From Spirochaetia bacterium (lineage in GTDB: Bacteria; Spirochaetota; Spirochaetia; WTKD01; G963693115), in contig CBDDCA010000004.1 of NCBI GenBank assembly GCA_965226055.1, positions 1-64,000 on the forward strand: a DNA stretch of 64,000 bases. The letters run 5' to 3'. Within the stretch, counting starts at the first letter, position 1. Each line of letters opens with the position of its first letter. The position numbers were made by a program, and so were the translations under genes. Shown here one piece after another: positions 10,321 to 20,468 of this stretch. A model generated the notes under the pieces. The model had not been told where the DNA came from. It saw only the letters and a program-made list of their open reading frames with translations, and ran no database searches.

Positions 10321-10782
10321 TTACGTTTTTTTTGATTTATTCAATGGATCAATAGAGTTAAGATCTAATTTTTTCAGTTCATCTTGTATTTCTTTGATGA
10401 TGTTCTTAATTGCATGGCTTTTTGCAAGATTCTCAGATTTATTTTCTAAATACTCTGACATAGGTTCTTTGTATAATTCTTTACGAATATTTTTTGGTAT
10501 AGATTCATATTTTTTGTATTCTTTATTGGCTTGAGCTAAATTATTGATATTATTTTTTAATTTCTCTACCTCTGAAGTTACTCGTGTTTCTACTGCGACT
10601 TCCTTATTTTCTATGAGAAAGATTATTTGGGTTGTAATGGCTTCTATTTTATTTATTGTTGTGCTCATGTTTGATTTTTTTTGTAAATCTTTGTTTATCT
10701 TTTTACTAATAAAGTAGTTGACAATAATAGCAGCACCGAAAGAAATTATAGAAGGTATATTATTGCAAATAACAGAAATCAA
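10321..10782 (-). CDS. Hypothetical protein with N-terminal TM helix and coiled coil
   Basis: AT-rich ORF downstream of STAS-like gene; start uncertain. Confidence 0.55.
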   Translation of the reverse strand: MISVICNNIPSIISFGAAIIVNYFISKKINKDLQKKSNMSTTINKIEAITTQIIFLIENKEVAVETRVTSEVEKLKNNINNLAQANKEYKKYESIPKNIRKELYKEPMSEYLENKSENLAKSHAIKNIIKEIQDELKKLDLNSIDPLNKSKKT

Positions 10783-10834
10783 GTAAGGAATTATAGTATC
10801 GATTTTTGTATCCTTTAAGTATATTTACTTTTTG

Positions 10835-11161
10835 TTAGGTTTCTAGGTTAATAATTTCTTGTATTTCTTCAAGCGTATCGTTATCATCACATATCAGTTT
10901 CATTTTTTTCTCATCTATTAATTTTTTTATATCATATCCCTTTCTAATAGCACCACCAAATACTTCTTCTAAAAAAGAAGGGGGGTATCCTTTCTCAACA
11001 CCATTTAAGTCAAGTTCTAAAAGATCATCATCTTTATTTTTTTTTAATTGAGGGAGGAAATAATCTTGTAAAAATTCTTCACCAGAATATCTATATATTT
11101 CTTTCCTTCTTCCTCCTAGAATTGTACTGAAATCTTTTGCAATACTTAACAATTTAGTCAT
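10835..11161 (-). CDS. STAS-like domain protein (DUF4325)
   Basis: IAKDFS...GGR...SGEEF...DLNGV..GYPPSFLEEVFGG pattern. Confidence 0.75.
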   Translation of the reverse strand: MTKLLSIAKDFSTILGGRRKEIYRYSGEEFLQDYFLPQLKKNKDDDLLELDLNGVEKGYPPSFLEEVFGGAIRKGYDIKKLIDEKKMKLICDDNDTLEEIQEIINLET

Positions 11162-11303
11162 ACTTGCACAGTCCTCACTTTTCTATCAGTTTTAGTTTTA
11201 TATAAACCTTTATACTATATATTAGCATACTATTATTTTTATTGTGTTTATTGTTTGCAGATTCAAGGACTAAGTGCGATTGAGAGCAAAATAGTGTTAC
11301 GTA

Positions 11304-11858
11304 TTATCTTTTACTCTGGTAATCAATGGTATACTGTAATAGTAAGGTCCCTCGTGTATTGAGTTTTGTATAATTTTGTAATGTACATTGAATATATTCT
11401 GAGAAATGGTTATCTTCTATTATAGGGGAATCAAATAAATTGAGTCCTTGTGTAAATAGTATAGGTTCAATAGTAAGATATATTTCTTCTATCATTTGTT
11501 TTTGTAATGCTAGATGGTAGGTTTGCGTACCACCTAGTATACAGATAGTGTTCCATGTACTCTGTTCAAAATATGTTTTTATATCAATATATGCAGGGTT
11601 ACAAAAACACAGATTGCTCTTTTCGTACTGTATTCCTACTGTATATTTCCTGCTTAACACTACACAATTTCGTTTTGAAAGCGGCTTTTCTGCTACCTTA
11701 TAGGTATTGTTGCCTACTAATATGCAATCGCTATCAGCTAACATGTGTTGTAAATGCGCATAATCTTCCTTGCTCGTCCAATCAGTAAAATGGTTTTCAT
11801 GGAGAGCAATTTTACCGTCTATACTGCTTGCTGCAAGTGCAAAATATCGTTTTTTCAT
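11304..11858 (-). CDS. Dihydrofolate reductase / RibD C-terminal family protein
   Basis: ASSIDGKIA, WTSKED, VGNNTY, ILGG, YLTIEPILF. Confidence 0.85.
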   Translation of the reverse strand: MKKRYFALAASSIDGKIALHENHFTDWTSKEDYAHLQHMLADSDCILVGNNTYKVAEKPLSKRNCVVLSRKYTVGIQYEKSNLCFCNPAYIDIKTYFEQSTWNTICILGGTQTYHLALQKQMIEEIYLTIEPILFTQGLNLFDSPIIEDNHFSEYIQCTLQNYTKLNTRGTLLLQYTIDYQSKR

Positions 11859-11868
11859 ATGTATAGTA

Positions 11869-12600
11869 TTATTTTTTTGTATAGGGTTCTAAAAGAGGGT
11901 AGTATATATCTTGTTCTTTAGGAATACATAAGGTATCTTGTGGAATGATGGCATTGGAGAAAACAATATGTTCTGTGTCGCGTAGTATTACTATTGGTAT
12001 TTGTTCATTGCCTTCTCCCATATAATAATTTGCCATAGTAGAAAGGCTATCAACGATATTTAATTGTGACATTTTTAGTTCTCTTCCAAATATATCATAG
12101 GTGTTTCTATAATCTTTTAAGGGGTACATGCCAAAAAAACCAATGGATATACCTATGGATCCATACCGCATAGGAATAAGAAAACTGTCGGAAATAATAA
12201 TGCCAAGTTCTTCAATGGAGTACATTTTTCGTAATGTTTGTTGAATAGTATATGCTTCTTTATAAGGATCTTGAGGTAACAGTATGTAATAGCCATTAGC
12301 ATTGCTTTCATCTATGCCTGACATAGGCGTGAATGTATTGTATTTTATACTCAATGGAACAGCATTTGGGGAGTTTTGTTTTTTAGATACTATGATGTGT
12401 TCTGCTTCTTTTTTTTGTAAATCTGCTATGTTCTGCACAGAATCTTTTGCTACTGTTCTTCCTTGATGTATAGCAACTATTTTTGAGCTAATAACGATAA
12501 TATCTTTTGATTGCAGCGGAGTACAGTATTCTTCAAACAGGGTGTATATATCATCTTTAGGAGGAAGAAATGCTCTTGTATGTATAGGATGTATATGCAT
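11869..12600 (-). CDS. CofE/FolC2-type gamma-glutamyl ligase
   Basis: SSKIVAI, GIDESNA, GIIISDS..PMRYG, DIFGREL, MGEGNEQIP. Confidence 0.85.
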   Translation of the reverse strand: MHIHPIHTRAFLPPKDDIYTLFEEYCTPLQSKDIIVISSKIVAIHQGRTVAKDSVQNIADLQKKEAEHIIVSKKQNSPNAVPLSIKYNTFTPMSGIDESNANGYYILLPQDPYKEAYTIQQTLRKMYSIEELGIIISDSFLIPMRYGSIGISIGFFGMYPLKDYRNTYDIFGRELKMSQLNIVDSLSTMANYYMGEGNEQIPIVILRDTEHIVFSNAIIPQDTLCIPKEQDIYYPLLEPYTKK

Positions 12601-12619
12601 ATAAAACTATGGTAAAAAA

Positions 12620-13612
12620 CTACGGTATTGTTGAAACAGAGACATAAGAGATATTGCTTGCTTCTTGTAACATGTCAAGATGATAGTTATTTGTTATGAG
12701 CTCTTGTTTTCTTGTTCGTAATATCTTAGCAAGTGCAATTATTTTTTCTCCATACTCTTTATAATTTGGCATAATACTCATATGTATGATATTTTTAGTA
12801 ATTGCCAATTTTGCTTCAGGACTGCCCCCAAATCCTATTATTTTGCAATTATTGTTGCCATTTGTTTTCATCTTTACTATCGTTCCTGTGAGAATTGCTA
12901 CATAATCAGATAAAGTAAGAATACCCCAATTATTTTTATCACTATACTTTTTGTTATCAAATAAATACATGATTTCTTCTCTCGTGTCATTTTCTAAGTA
13001 TTCAATAAGTATTTTTTCATCTGAAGAAATACTGTTTTCAAGTGTTTGTAGCCATGTTTTTTCAAAGATAGCATCTTTGTTTGAAATAAGCACGAGTATA
13101 GTATTGCTAGTGTTTGTTTTTCGTAGGTAGGATAGTTGCATCTCTACTATAGCGGAAATATCGTAGCCTATAAACCCCCATGGAACAGGAGTTTCTACTG
13201 TTTCATCAGGAAGGGCGTCAATAAATAGTAACGAAGAAAAAAATGGTGCAGTAACTAATGTATAGTCAATGAAGGAATGCTCTAATATGCCTTGATCTTT
13301 AATAGTATCGTTTATAGTTTGTAGTTGTTCGTTAGATTTTAGAGAAAAGACACTAATAGGAATGCTGTTTTCTACATTATCTTGGATAATACTGACTGTT
13401 TTGTTGTCAGTATCTTTTGTCTCAATATAGTTAAAAATAATTTGTACATTACTATTATATGCCTGCGATAAAAGTTCTTTTTCTAAAGCTCTGTTATGAT
13501 AGTATTCTCTTTTTCCTGAAATAATACTTATATACTCGTTAGATCCTGAAGCGTACACAGGCATACTTAAATAATAGAGTGCTAGTATTATAGCAAGAAG
13601 TTGATATTTCAT
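12620..13612 (-). CDS. Secreted protein with divergent sugar-binding (periplasmic binding type I) fold
   Basis: Signal peptide; C-terminal LSDYVA/IIGFGGSPEA..AI/PNYKEYGEK pattern. Confidence 0.5.
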   Translation of the reverse strand: MKYQLLAIILALYYLSMPVYASGSNEYISIISGKREYYHNRALEKELLSQAYNSNVQIIFNYIETKDTDNKTVSIIQDNVENSIPISVFSLKSNEQLQTINDTIKDQGILEHSFIDYTLVTAPFFSSLLFIDALPDETVETPVPWGFIGYDISAIVEMQLSYLRKTNTSNTILVLISNKDAIFEKTWLQTLENSISSDEKILIEYLENDTREEIMYLFDNKKYSDKNNWGILTLSDYVAILTGTIVKMKTNGNNNCKIIGFGGSPEAKLAITKNIIHMSIMPNYKEYGEKIIALAKILRTRKQELITNNYHLDMLQEASNISYVSVSTIP

Positions 13613-15090
13613 ACAGAGGTATCCTTTTCTTTAGATGCTTTGTCTTGGTATTGGGAACATAGTTCCTGCACTTTTGTCATATATTTTTTGTATTTTGAAA
13701 TAATCTTTTTTGTTCTCTGTACACTATATCCTGTATACTGTTTTGGAGTATTAAAAAATGCATCAGGATCATGAAAGGCATGCTTTTTTAGCTGTGTAGC
13801 AATACTTTCCCATAATGTAGGGTAGGAGCTTTTTAATGTTTCGCTTAATGATGAATGAGTATATGTGGTGCTTATCTGTCTTGTTATTTCATGTGCATCA
13901 TTATATCCATCAAGAGAGAGGAGTATGTAGATAGCTTCGGCATAAATTGAATCTCCTGCTTGTTTTAGATTGTATTGCATTTGATCTTTATTGATGTGAA
14001 GAGATTGTAACACACTAAGGCTACGGTTGGCTGCTGCAGCAAAGCCACTCAGGTACTCAGAAATAAAGCGTGAAGAAGCAGAGTTACTTAAATCGCGTTG
14101 ATGTTCTGAAATTTGGTCCATAAAAAATGTCATAACACGAGGACTAAAGGCCTTGTATAAACTTTTTATATGTTCGCTATTCCATGGATTTTTCTTTTGT
14201 GGCATAGTAGAAGAACCAACTTGTGTATCAGAGAAAAATTCTTGCATCTCAGCAATTTCGCTTCGTTGTAAATTACGTAAATCATCAGCAAGGTTTGCAA
14301 GAATACCAAAAACAATGTTATATTCTAATAACAAGCGCAATAAAGGTTCGGGGCTACAAATTTGTGTAGAATGTTCTGAAGGCATCAATCCGAGCGAAGC
14401 TAATACATCTTTCTCAAACTGTAAAGGGTTATCAACAATGAGAGATAAGGCATTGTAAGTACCTACTGCCCCTGATAGTTTTCCGGGCACTTTTTTTACT
14501 AACAAGAGTAACGATTCAATACTTTGTCCAAGCCGACTTATATATTCTGCAAAAAAATGTCCAACAGTAATAGGCACCGCAAACTGTCCGTGAGTACGTC
14601 CTACTTGAGCTACATCTATATGAGTATCAGCAAGCTGTATGAGAGTAGTGGTAATACGAGCAAGTAATGGTATGAGTACATGATAGCTTACTGCTTTTAT
14701 CCGTAATGCAGTGCTTGTCTCAATGATGTCATGTGATGTTGCTCCTAGATGGATATACTTTCTAATATCAACAGGAACTTTTTGTTTTATTACATTTACT
14801 AACGCACGCATATGATGCTTTGTTTTCTCTTCCTCATGATATACTTCTTGTGCAGTTATTGTTGATATAATATGTTTTGTTTTATTCAATAACGCAGACG
14901 ACACTGAATGAGATTTTACCAAATGTAAGAGTAATGCTAGCTCAACTTGTATATTAAAATGTACTGAAGCATCTTCACTTAAGTACTGTGAAAGTGATTC
15001 AAATAAAGGGGTATTGCTAAAGTAATACCGCGAATCAAGTGGAGAAAGGAGGGTATATCGATAGTTTTGTTTATCATTACTTTTTTTCAT
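13609..15090 (-). CDS. purB: Adenylosuccinate lyase
   Basis: SPLDSRY, IHLGATS, GRTHGQ, GSSTMPQKKNP. Confidence 0.93.
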   Translation of the reverse strand: MKKSNDKQNYRYTLLSPLDSRYYFSNTPLFESLSQYLSEDASVHFNIQVELALLLHLVKSHSVSSALLNKTKHIISTITAQEVYHEEEKTKHHMRALVNVIKQKVPVDIRKYIHLGATSHDIIETSTALRIKAVSYHVLIPLLARITTTLIQLADTHIDVAQVGRTHGQFAVPITVGHFFAEYISRLGQSIESLLLLVKKVPGKLSGAVGTYNALSLIVDNPLQFEKDVLASLGLMPSEHSTQICSPEPLLRLLLEYNIVFGILANLADDLRNLQRSEIAEMQEFFSDTQVGSSTMPQKKNPWNSEHIKSLYKAFSPRVMTFFMDQISEHQRDLSNSASSRFISEYLSGFAAAANRSLSVLQSLHINKDQMQYNLKQAGDSIYAEAIYILLSLDGYNDAHEITRQISTTYTHSSLSETLKSSYPTLWESIATQLKKHAFHDPDAFFNTPKQYTGYSVQRTKKIISKYKKYMTKVQELCSQYQDKASKEKDTSV

Positions 15091-15114
15091 ATAATGAGAT
15101 AGTACATATATCTA

Positions 15115-15151
15115 ATAAGTAAGTACATAGTATGTATATGTACTTACTTAT
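15115..15151. repeat. 15-bp perfect inverted repeat in purB/znuA divergent region
   Basis: ataagtaagtacata-N7-tatgtacttacttat. Confidence 0.8.
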
Positions 15152-15278
15152 AGAGAATATTATATATACCTATTATACACGATTTTTATCTTTGTAGTAT
15201 ACTATATGTTATACAGTTAATTGATACTATCAAATAGTAACTATCAAAAACTATCAAACAATAGTAAGGATCAACCAT

Positions 15279-16328
15279 ATGTTTCATTCATATCATAAAA
15301 ATACACATACTACACCTATATCTCGTATAATAGTGATTGTCATGCTCATCGTTCTTGGACTGAGTCTTGTATCTTTTGGTACAGAAGAAGTAAGTAATGA
15401 TAAGGAAAAAAGTGTTATTGTCAGTATACCCCCTCTAAAGTACATTGTAGAAAGCATTGCAGGTACTTCTGTAACAGTATATTCTTTGGTAAATAGTACA
15501 GAATCTCCCGAAGTATACAATGTGAGTGCAAAAGAGCTTTTTTTATTAGAAAATACTGATATATATTTTAGTCTTGGGGATGCTACTACCTATCCCTTTT
15601 TTAATTTTGAGCAAGTTATACAAACAACATTGCAGCAAAAAAACAGCCCTGTTACTATAGTACCGCTTGCATCTGAGGTAGCACTAGTTCCATTTTACGA
15701 TACAGTGATACCCACTTCGGAAGATGAACATGGACACGAAGAAGGTGAGCATGAAGAGGACGAACATGGACATGATGAAAGTGAACATGAAGAGGACGAA
15801 CATGGACATGATGAAAGTGAACATGAAGGACATGAACACGGAGCGTATGACATTCACGTATGGTTGGATACCGATATACTTAAGACTATTGCACATACAG
15901 TGTATGTTACACTCAGCCAGCACTATCCAGAAAATACTGAGATGTATGAAAAAAATTATGATGCTTTTTTGAAAAAAGTAGAAGCTGTTGAAGAAAAGTT
16001 AGCAGCACTAGATATACTTCAGCAACAAAAAATTCTTGTTATGCATCCTGCATTGGGATACCTTGCTAAGAAATTTGATTTTACTCAAGTGAGTTTAGAA
16101 TGGCTTGGAAAGGAACGTGGAATGCGTGATATAATTGCTATTGAAGATATCATTGCCGAAAATAACATATCTGTTTTGTTTACTCAATCTACCATGAATG
16201 TTGACAATTTTCAGAGCCTTATACAAAAGTTTAATTTAAGAACTATAGAGATACAACCTCTGAAAGAAGATATTTTTCAAAATTTGCTTGATATTTCATC
16301 TGCTTTACAAATGAGTGTGAAGAAATAA
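15279..16328 (+). CDS. znuA: Zinc ABC transporter substrate-binding protein
   Basis: VSIPPL, His/Glu-rich loop, DIHVWLD, HPALGYLA. Confidence 0.88.
   Translation: MFHSYHKNTHTTPISRIIVIVMLIVLGLSLVSFGTEEVSNDKEKSVIVSIPPLKYIVESIAGTSVTVYSLVNSTESPEVYNVSAKELFLLENTDIYFSLGDATTYPFFNFEQVIQTTLQQKNSPVTIVPLASEVALVPFYDTVIPTSEDEHGHEEGEHEEDEHGHDESEHEEDEHGHDESEHEGHEHGAYDIHVWLDTDILKTIAHTVYVTLSQHYPENTEMYEKNYDAFLKKVEAVEEKLAALDILQQQKILVMHPALGYLAKKFDFTQVSLEWLGKERGMRDIIAIEDIIAENNISVLFTQSTMNVDNFQSLIQKFNLRTIEIQPLKEDIFQNLLDISSALQMSVKK
15750..15828 (+). repeat. 36-bp tandem repeat encoding HEEDEHGHDESE in the ZnuA loop
   Basis: Two exact copies (15750-15785, 15786-15821) plus partial flanks. Confidence 0.9.
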
Positions 16329-16409
16329 TAATATTCTTGTTGTGCTGTGATATAATAATGATGATGCTGTATGCCTTAAAAAAGGCATACTACAGTATAT
16401 ATCAGGCAT

Positions 16410-17117
16410 ATGTTAGAGTTTAAGAGCGTATCATTTTCTTACACAGATTCTCCTCCTCTTTTTAATGCTTGTAATATTCGTATTAACGCTAATGAAATAG
16501 TATTTGTTGTCGGTGTGAATGGATCAGGAAAATCTACGTTTCTTAAATTAGCAGCAGGAATCCTTAGTCCTCAATCAGGGAGTATACAGTACCTTACCGA
16601 TACTGTTCGTATAGGGTATCATCAGCAGGATGTGCATGTTGCTAATACTATACCTCTTTCGGTAGAAGAGATGGTGAGTATGGGAAGAGTTACTCCTAAA
16701 AAATTTTTCTTTAACAAACAAGATAAAGCAATAGTAAGACAATGCTTACAACAGGTACAGCTAGAATCAATAGCAAAAAAAAATATACATACTATCTCTC
16801 GTGGACAATTTCAACGTGTACTGCTAGCGCGGGTACTAGCATCGCAACCGTCTATTGTTATTATGGATGAACCAGAAGAGTTTCTTGATGCTGTATCTCG
16901 TGATACATTAAGCTCTCTTATTCAAACCTTAAGTAAAGACATAACATTTCTCATATCAAGTCATAATTTTGATTTTATTTTTTCTCTTGCAGATCGTGTA
17001 ATATGTATTACCAACCCGTATCAGAATCAAGAAGATCATAAATTTTTTGAGTTTTTAGAAAAACAAAATAATACAATCGTAGTAGAACATTTATGCTCTA
17101 CCCATGAAGGAAAGTAA
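16410..17117 (+). CDS. znuC: Zinc ABC transporter ATP-binding protein
   Basis: GVNGSGKST, SRGQFQRVLLAR, DEP. Confidence 0.85.
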   Translation: MLEFKSVSFSYTDSPPLFNACNIRINANEIVFVVGVNGSGKSTFLKLAAGILSPQSGSIQYLTDTVRIGYHQQDVHVANTIPLSVEEMVSMGRVTPKKFFFNKQDKAIVRQCLQQVQLESIAKKNIHTISRGQFQRVLLARVLASQPSIVIMDEPEEFLDAVSRDTLSSLIQTLSKDITFLISSHNFDFIFSLADRVICITNPYQNQEDHKFFEFLEKQNNTIVVEHLCSTHEGK

Positions 17118-17938
17118 TGGATACTACAAATAAAGTAATACTATGGCTTTTACCGTTCTTCTTTTTATGTCTGCTTGTTGGAGTACTGTCTAGTTTAGTG
17201 GGAGTAGTGATATATCGAAGAAATTTTTCTTCTGTAATAGGGGGACTTACTCATTTTTTGCTTGGCCCTATTGCTATAGCTTTTTTTATTCAACATATCA
17301 CTTCTATTAAAATAAATCCATATATATTTAGTGCTGTAATAGCTTCTATTGTTATGTTGCTACTTCCTCTTAATGAAAATGGTGAACTACGACAAGCACA
17401 GCATATGAACATTTTATGGAGTTTTGGTATGGCCTTAGGGGTTATATTTTTATATATATCGCCTAATTTTACTAATTTAGATTTTTTTCTTTTTGGAAAT
17501 ATCATAACAATTTCTCAAAATAATATGTATCTGCTTATTATTCTCACTATTGCGAGTATTTTTTTCTTTTCGTTATTTCATGTAAAATTAAGCTATTTAG
17601 GAATTGATGACATTTTTCTAAAAGTAAAAGGAATTAATACACTGTTATATCATAAGATACAAATGGTGGTAATAACAATAAGTATTGTTTTATTACTTCA
17701 AATTCTGGGAATTTTACTATTACTTACTATTGTCACTTTGCCTACACTTATTGCTGCAATGTTTGCAAAAAGTTATAGGACAGTACTTTTATTTTCTATT
17801 GGAATTTCGGTATTGGTATTAAGTATTTCTCTGATATGTAGTTTTCTTTTTAATATACCAATAAGCTCTTTTGCTGCATTATTCTTTTGTTGTATTTTTT
17901 TTATATCTAAGATAATTGCACTCTTGTGTAAGTCATAA
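17117..17938 (+). CDS. znuB: Zinc ABC transporter permease
   Basis: ABC-3 membrane protein, FLFGNI; overlaps znuC stop. Confidence 0.8.
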   Translation: MDTTNKVILWLLPFFFLCLLVGVLSSLVGVVIYRRNFSSVIGGLTHFLLGPIAIAFFIQHITSIKINPYIFSAVIASIVMLLLPLNENGELRQAQHMNILWSFGMALGVIFLYISPNFTNLDFFLFGNIITISQNNMYLLIILTIASIFFFSLFHVKLSYLGIDDIFLKVKGINTLLYHKIQMVVITISIVLLLQILGILLLLTIVTLPTLIAAMFAKSYRTVLLFSIGISVLVLSISLICSFLFNIPISSFAALFFCCIFFISKIIALLCKS

Positions 17939-17949
17939 AGCAGAGAATA

Positions 17950-18954
17950 TTATATTTTGTAAGAATCAAAAAACTCCATAAGCTCGTTCCATGTTTCATC
18001 CAGTGTTTTTGTTATAGTAAAGCCTGCTGCATTTTTGTGTCCACCGCCACCATAATGTTTTGCTAATGCTCCAACATCTACTTTGTTTAGTGAACGTAAT
18101 CCTATTTTACATGAGATGCTCCCATTATCATTTATTACTTCTTGTATATACACTACTATTTCTACTTTTTGTGTACCCTGTAGAAGCTGATAAATTTCAT
18201 AGGTTTGCGGAATATCGTCTAAATGTACTGCATCATTGTGGCTCAGATAGCTCATAATGATACGATTATTGTTTACTCTTTTTGAGCGTTCTAACACTTT
18301 TGCAATAATTTTTCGAGAAAGAAACGTGTGTCCGTAGCCAATTTGCTGATAAATTTCTGCAGCACTTACTCCCAACATGGTAAGTTCGGCAGCAGTAAGG
18401 AACGGTTCAGGGTTGTTTTCTCTTGTAAACCGAAAGAAACCAGTATCGGTAAGTAAGCCTAGAAATAAAAAATACGCATCTTCTTTGCGAGGAGTAATAC
18501 CGTACTCCTTAAATAAACGATATACAAGCAATGTATTGGCTGGGGCAGTAAAGTCTATGTATCGTACCTTACCATAATTATCACCAGAAGTATGATGATC
18601 TATAACCGCTACAGGAAGGTGATAAATAGGATCAAACACATTTCCCATTCTATCAGGAGATGAACAATCAACACAGAGTATCGCTGCCTTTATTGTATCA
18701 GGAACATGCGGACAGTGATCAAGAGAAGTATAAAAAAGAGATTGATATGTCTGAACAACAAAGTCATTAAAAGGACCAGCAGAAAGCAAAATGCTTTTTT
18801 TTCCTAGCTGTGTTACTAGTCCAGCAAGTGCCAACTGTGATCCAATACAATCTCCATCAGGCTTTTCATGACCGATGATGTAAAATAGTTCGTAAGAATC
18901 AATAAACTGCTTTACTTTTTTTAGTGAGGTATCTTTGTTCGTAGTGCGTTTCAT
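17950..18954 (-). CDS. nrnA: DHH/DHHA1 phosphoesterase (oligoribonuclease/pAp phosphatase)
   Basis: HEKPDGD, IDHH, TDTGFF, GGGHKNAAG. Confidence 0.88.
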   Translation of the reverse strand: MKRTTNKDTSLKKVKQFIDSYELFYIIGHEKPDGDCIGSQLALAGLVTQLGKKSILLSAGPFNDFVVQTYQSLFYTSLDHCPHVPDTIKAAILCVDCSSPDRMGNVFDPIYHLPVAVIDHHTSGDNYGKVRYIDFTAPANTLLVYRLFKEYGITPRKEDAYFLFLGLLTDTGFFRFTRENNPEPFLTAAELTMLGVSAAEIYQQIGYGHTFLSRKIIAKVLERSKRVNNNRIIMSYLSHNDAVHLDDIPQTYEIYQLLQGTQKVEIVVYIQEVINDNGSISCKIGLRSLNKVDVGALAKHYGGGGHKNAAGFTITKTLDETWNELMEFFDSYKI

Positions 18955-18966
18955 AGAGAGGAGTTA

Positions 18967-19464
18967 CTAATAAATTTCTATGGTTTTAGTTTTTTGAGCT
19001 TCAAATTCCTGCTCTATCTCATCTAAACGTAAACGAAGCTCTGGAGGGAGGTAGCTTAAAGGAGCATTAAGATCTTTTTTTGTAAGATGTACTTTTATTT
19101 CTTTTATTTGATCTCCATCATAAAAAAATTCAATATAAGGAGCATTGAGGTTTTTGTATAAAGGCGATAGTTGTGCATATATCTTGGTAACTGTTGTGTC
19201 TTCGGGGCGGGTGCTAAGAGGAAGAAACCAATCGTGTGGGATATATAATGGAGTACTGAACGCTCGCTCACCAGTATTTGGTCGTGGCTTATCAGGGTTA
19301 GGATAGCTTTCGTAATATACGATAACCCCATATTTAGTCTTAAACATTGAATAGATAGGGCGAACAACTGAATTAACATCTTCAAGCTCTTGAGAAAAAA
19401 GAGGGAGAGAAGCTACACTCCATAACAGTGGAATTAAGATAAGTAAAGAAATAGTTTTTTTCAT
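18967..19464 (-). CDS. Hypothetical secreted protein
   Basis: Signal peptide, GGAG RBS. Confidence 0.7.
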   Translation of the reverse strand: MKKTISLLILIPLLWSVASLPLFSQELEDVNSVVRPIYSMFKTKYGVIVYYESYPNPDKPRPNTGERAFSTPLYIPHDWFLPLSTRPEDTTVTKIYAQLSPLYKNLNAPYIEFFYDGDQIKEIKVHLTKKDLNAPLSYLPPELRLRLDEIEQEFEAQKTKTIEIY

Positions 19465-19501
19465 TTTTTTCTCCGTTTGTATGTAATTATACTATGTTTT
19501 T

Positions 19502-20434
19502 TTATCTGATACAAGTTATTAAAAGTGATTTTGCTATTATTTTTTTATTTTTTGCTTGTACCCATACTAGAGAATTATCGGAATCTATTACTGCATTACT
19601 TACCTCTTTTTCTCTTTTTGCAGGAAGACAATGTAAAAATATTGCATTATTGGTATGTTCCATAAGTGTAGGAGTTACTGCATAGTCCTTAAAATCTTGT
19701 TCACGTGTGTTTTGTTCATGTAATGTGTTCATTGATGCCCAAACATCAGTATATACTATATCAGCCTGCTTTGTTGCTATATGTGGATTAGTTTCCATAT
19801 GTAAGAATTTTTGTGTAGGATCAAAAGAGCTGTAAATATCAAGTAATTGTTGTGACGGTAAGTATTTTTTTGGAGCACATAATGTTATGTGTATGCCATA
19901 GAGGAGGCATATTTTTGTAAGTGATATTGCAACATTATTGATAGTATCTCCAATAAAAGTAAGGCGCAGTTTTGCATTGCTCCCAAAATGCTGTTGTATG
20001 GTAAACAAATCACTAAGAGCTTGACTAGGATGGTTTTCATTTGTGAGAGCATTGATGACAGCAGTATTGGAGTATGTATGTAAGGTATGCAAGGCTGTAT
20101 ATTCATATCCACGGTATACGATTGCATCATACATAGCCCCTAATAATCGTGCGGTATCTTCCATACTTTCATCATTTGCTAATTGTATAGTCTGAGAAGA
20201 AAGAAAGCTGACATGAGCCCCTAATTCAACCCCAGCAAGTTCAAAGGCAATACGTGTTCTTGTAGATAGTTTTTCAAATAATAAGACTATATTTTTATGT
20301 TTCAAACTATAAGGAGAATGGTGTGTATCAAGAGCAGATTCTTCTCTTTTGTTGTCTACAAGATTGTGTGCTATATATAGATTTTCATCTAAAAAATCTT
20401 TTATGTTTTTTGTTATGTTTAAGAATGATTGCAT
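19502..20434 (-). CDS. argF: Ornithine carbamoyltransferase
   Basis: STRTR, HPSQ, YTDVWASM, HCLP; anabolic versus catabolic role not determinable. Confidence 0.85.
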   Translation of the reverse strand: MQSFLNITKNIKDFLDENLYIAHNLVDNKREESALDTHHSPYSLKHKNIVLLFEKLSTRTRIAFELAGVELGAHVSFLSSQTIQLANDESMEDTARLLGAMYDAIVYRGYEYTALHTLHTYSNTAVINALTNENHPSQALSDLFTIQQHFGSNAKLRLTFIGDTINNVAISLTKICLLYGIHITLCAPKKYLPSQQLLDIYSSFDPTQKFLHMETNPHIATKQADIVYTDVWASMNTLHEQNTREQDFKDYAVTPTLMEHTNNAIFLHCLPAKREKEVSNAVIDSDNSLVWVQAKNKKIIAKSLLITCIR

Positions 20435-20468
20435 ACGATTATATTATATCCATATATAAGTATAAGCA

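Noticed and set aside
15721-15840. 36-bp repeats as a CRISPR array
   Set aside because: No spacers, in-frame coding repeat, no cas genes
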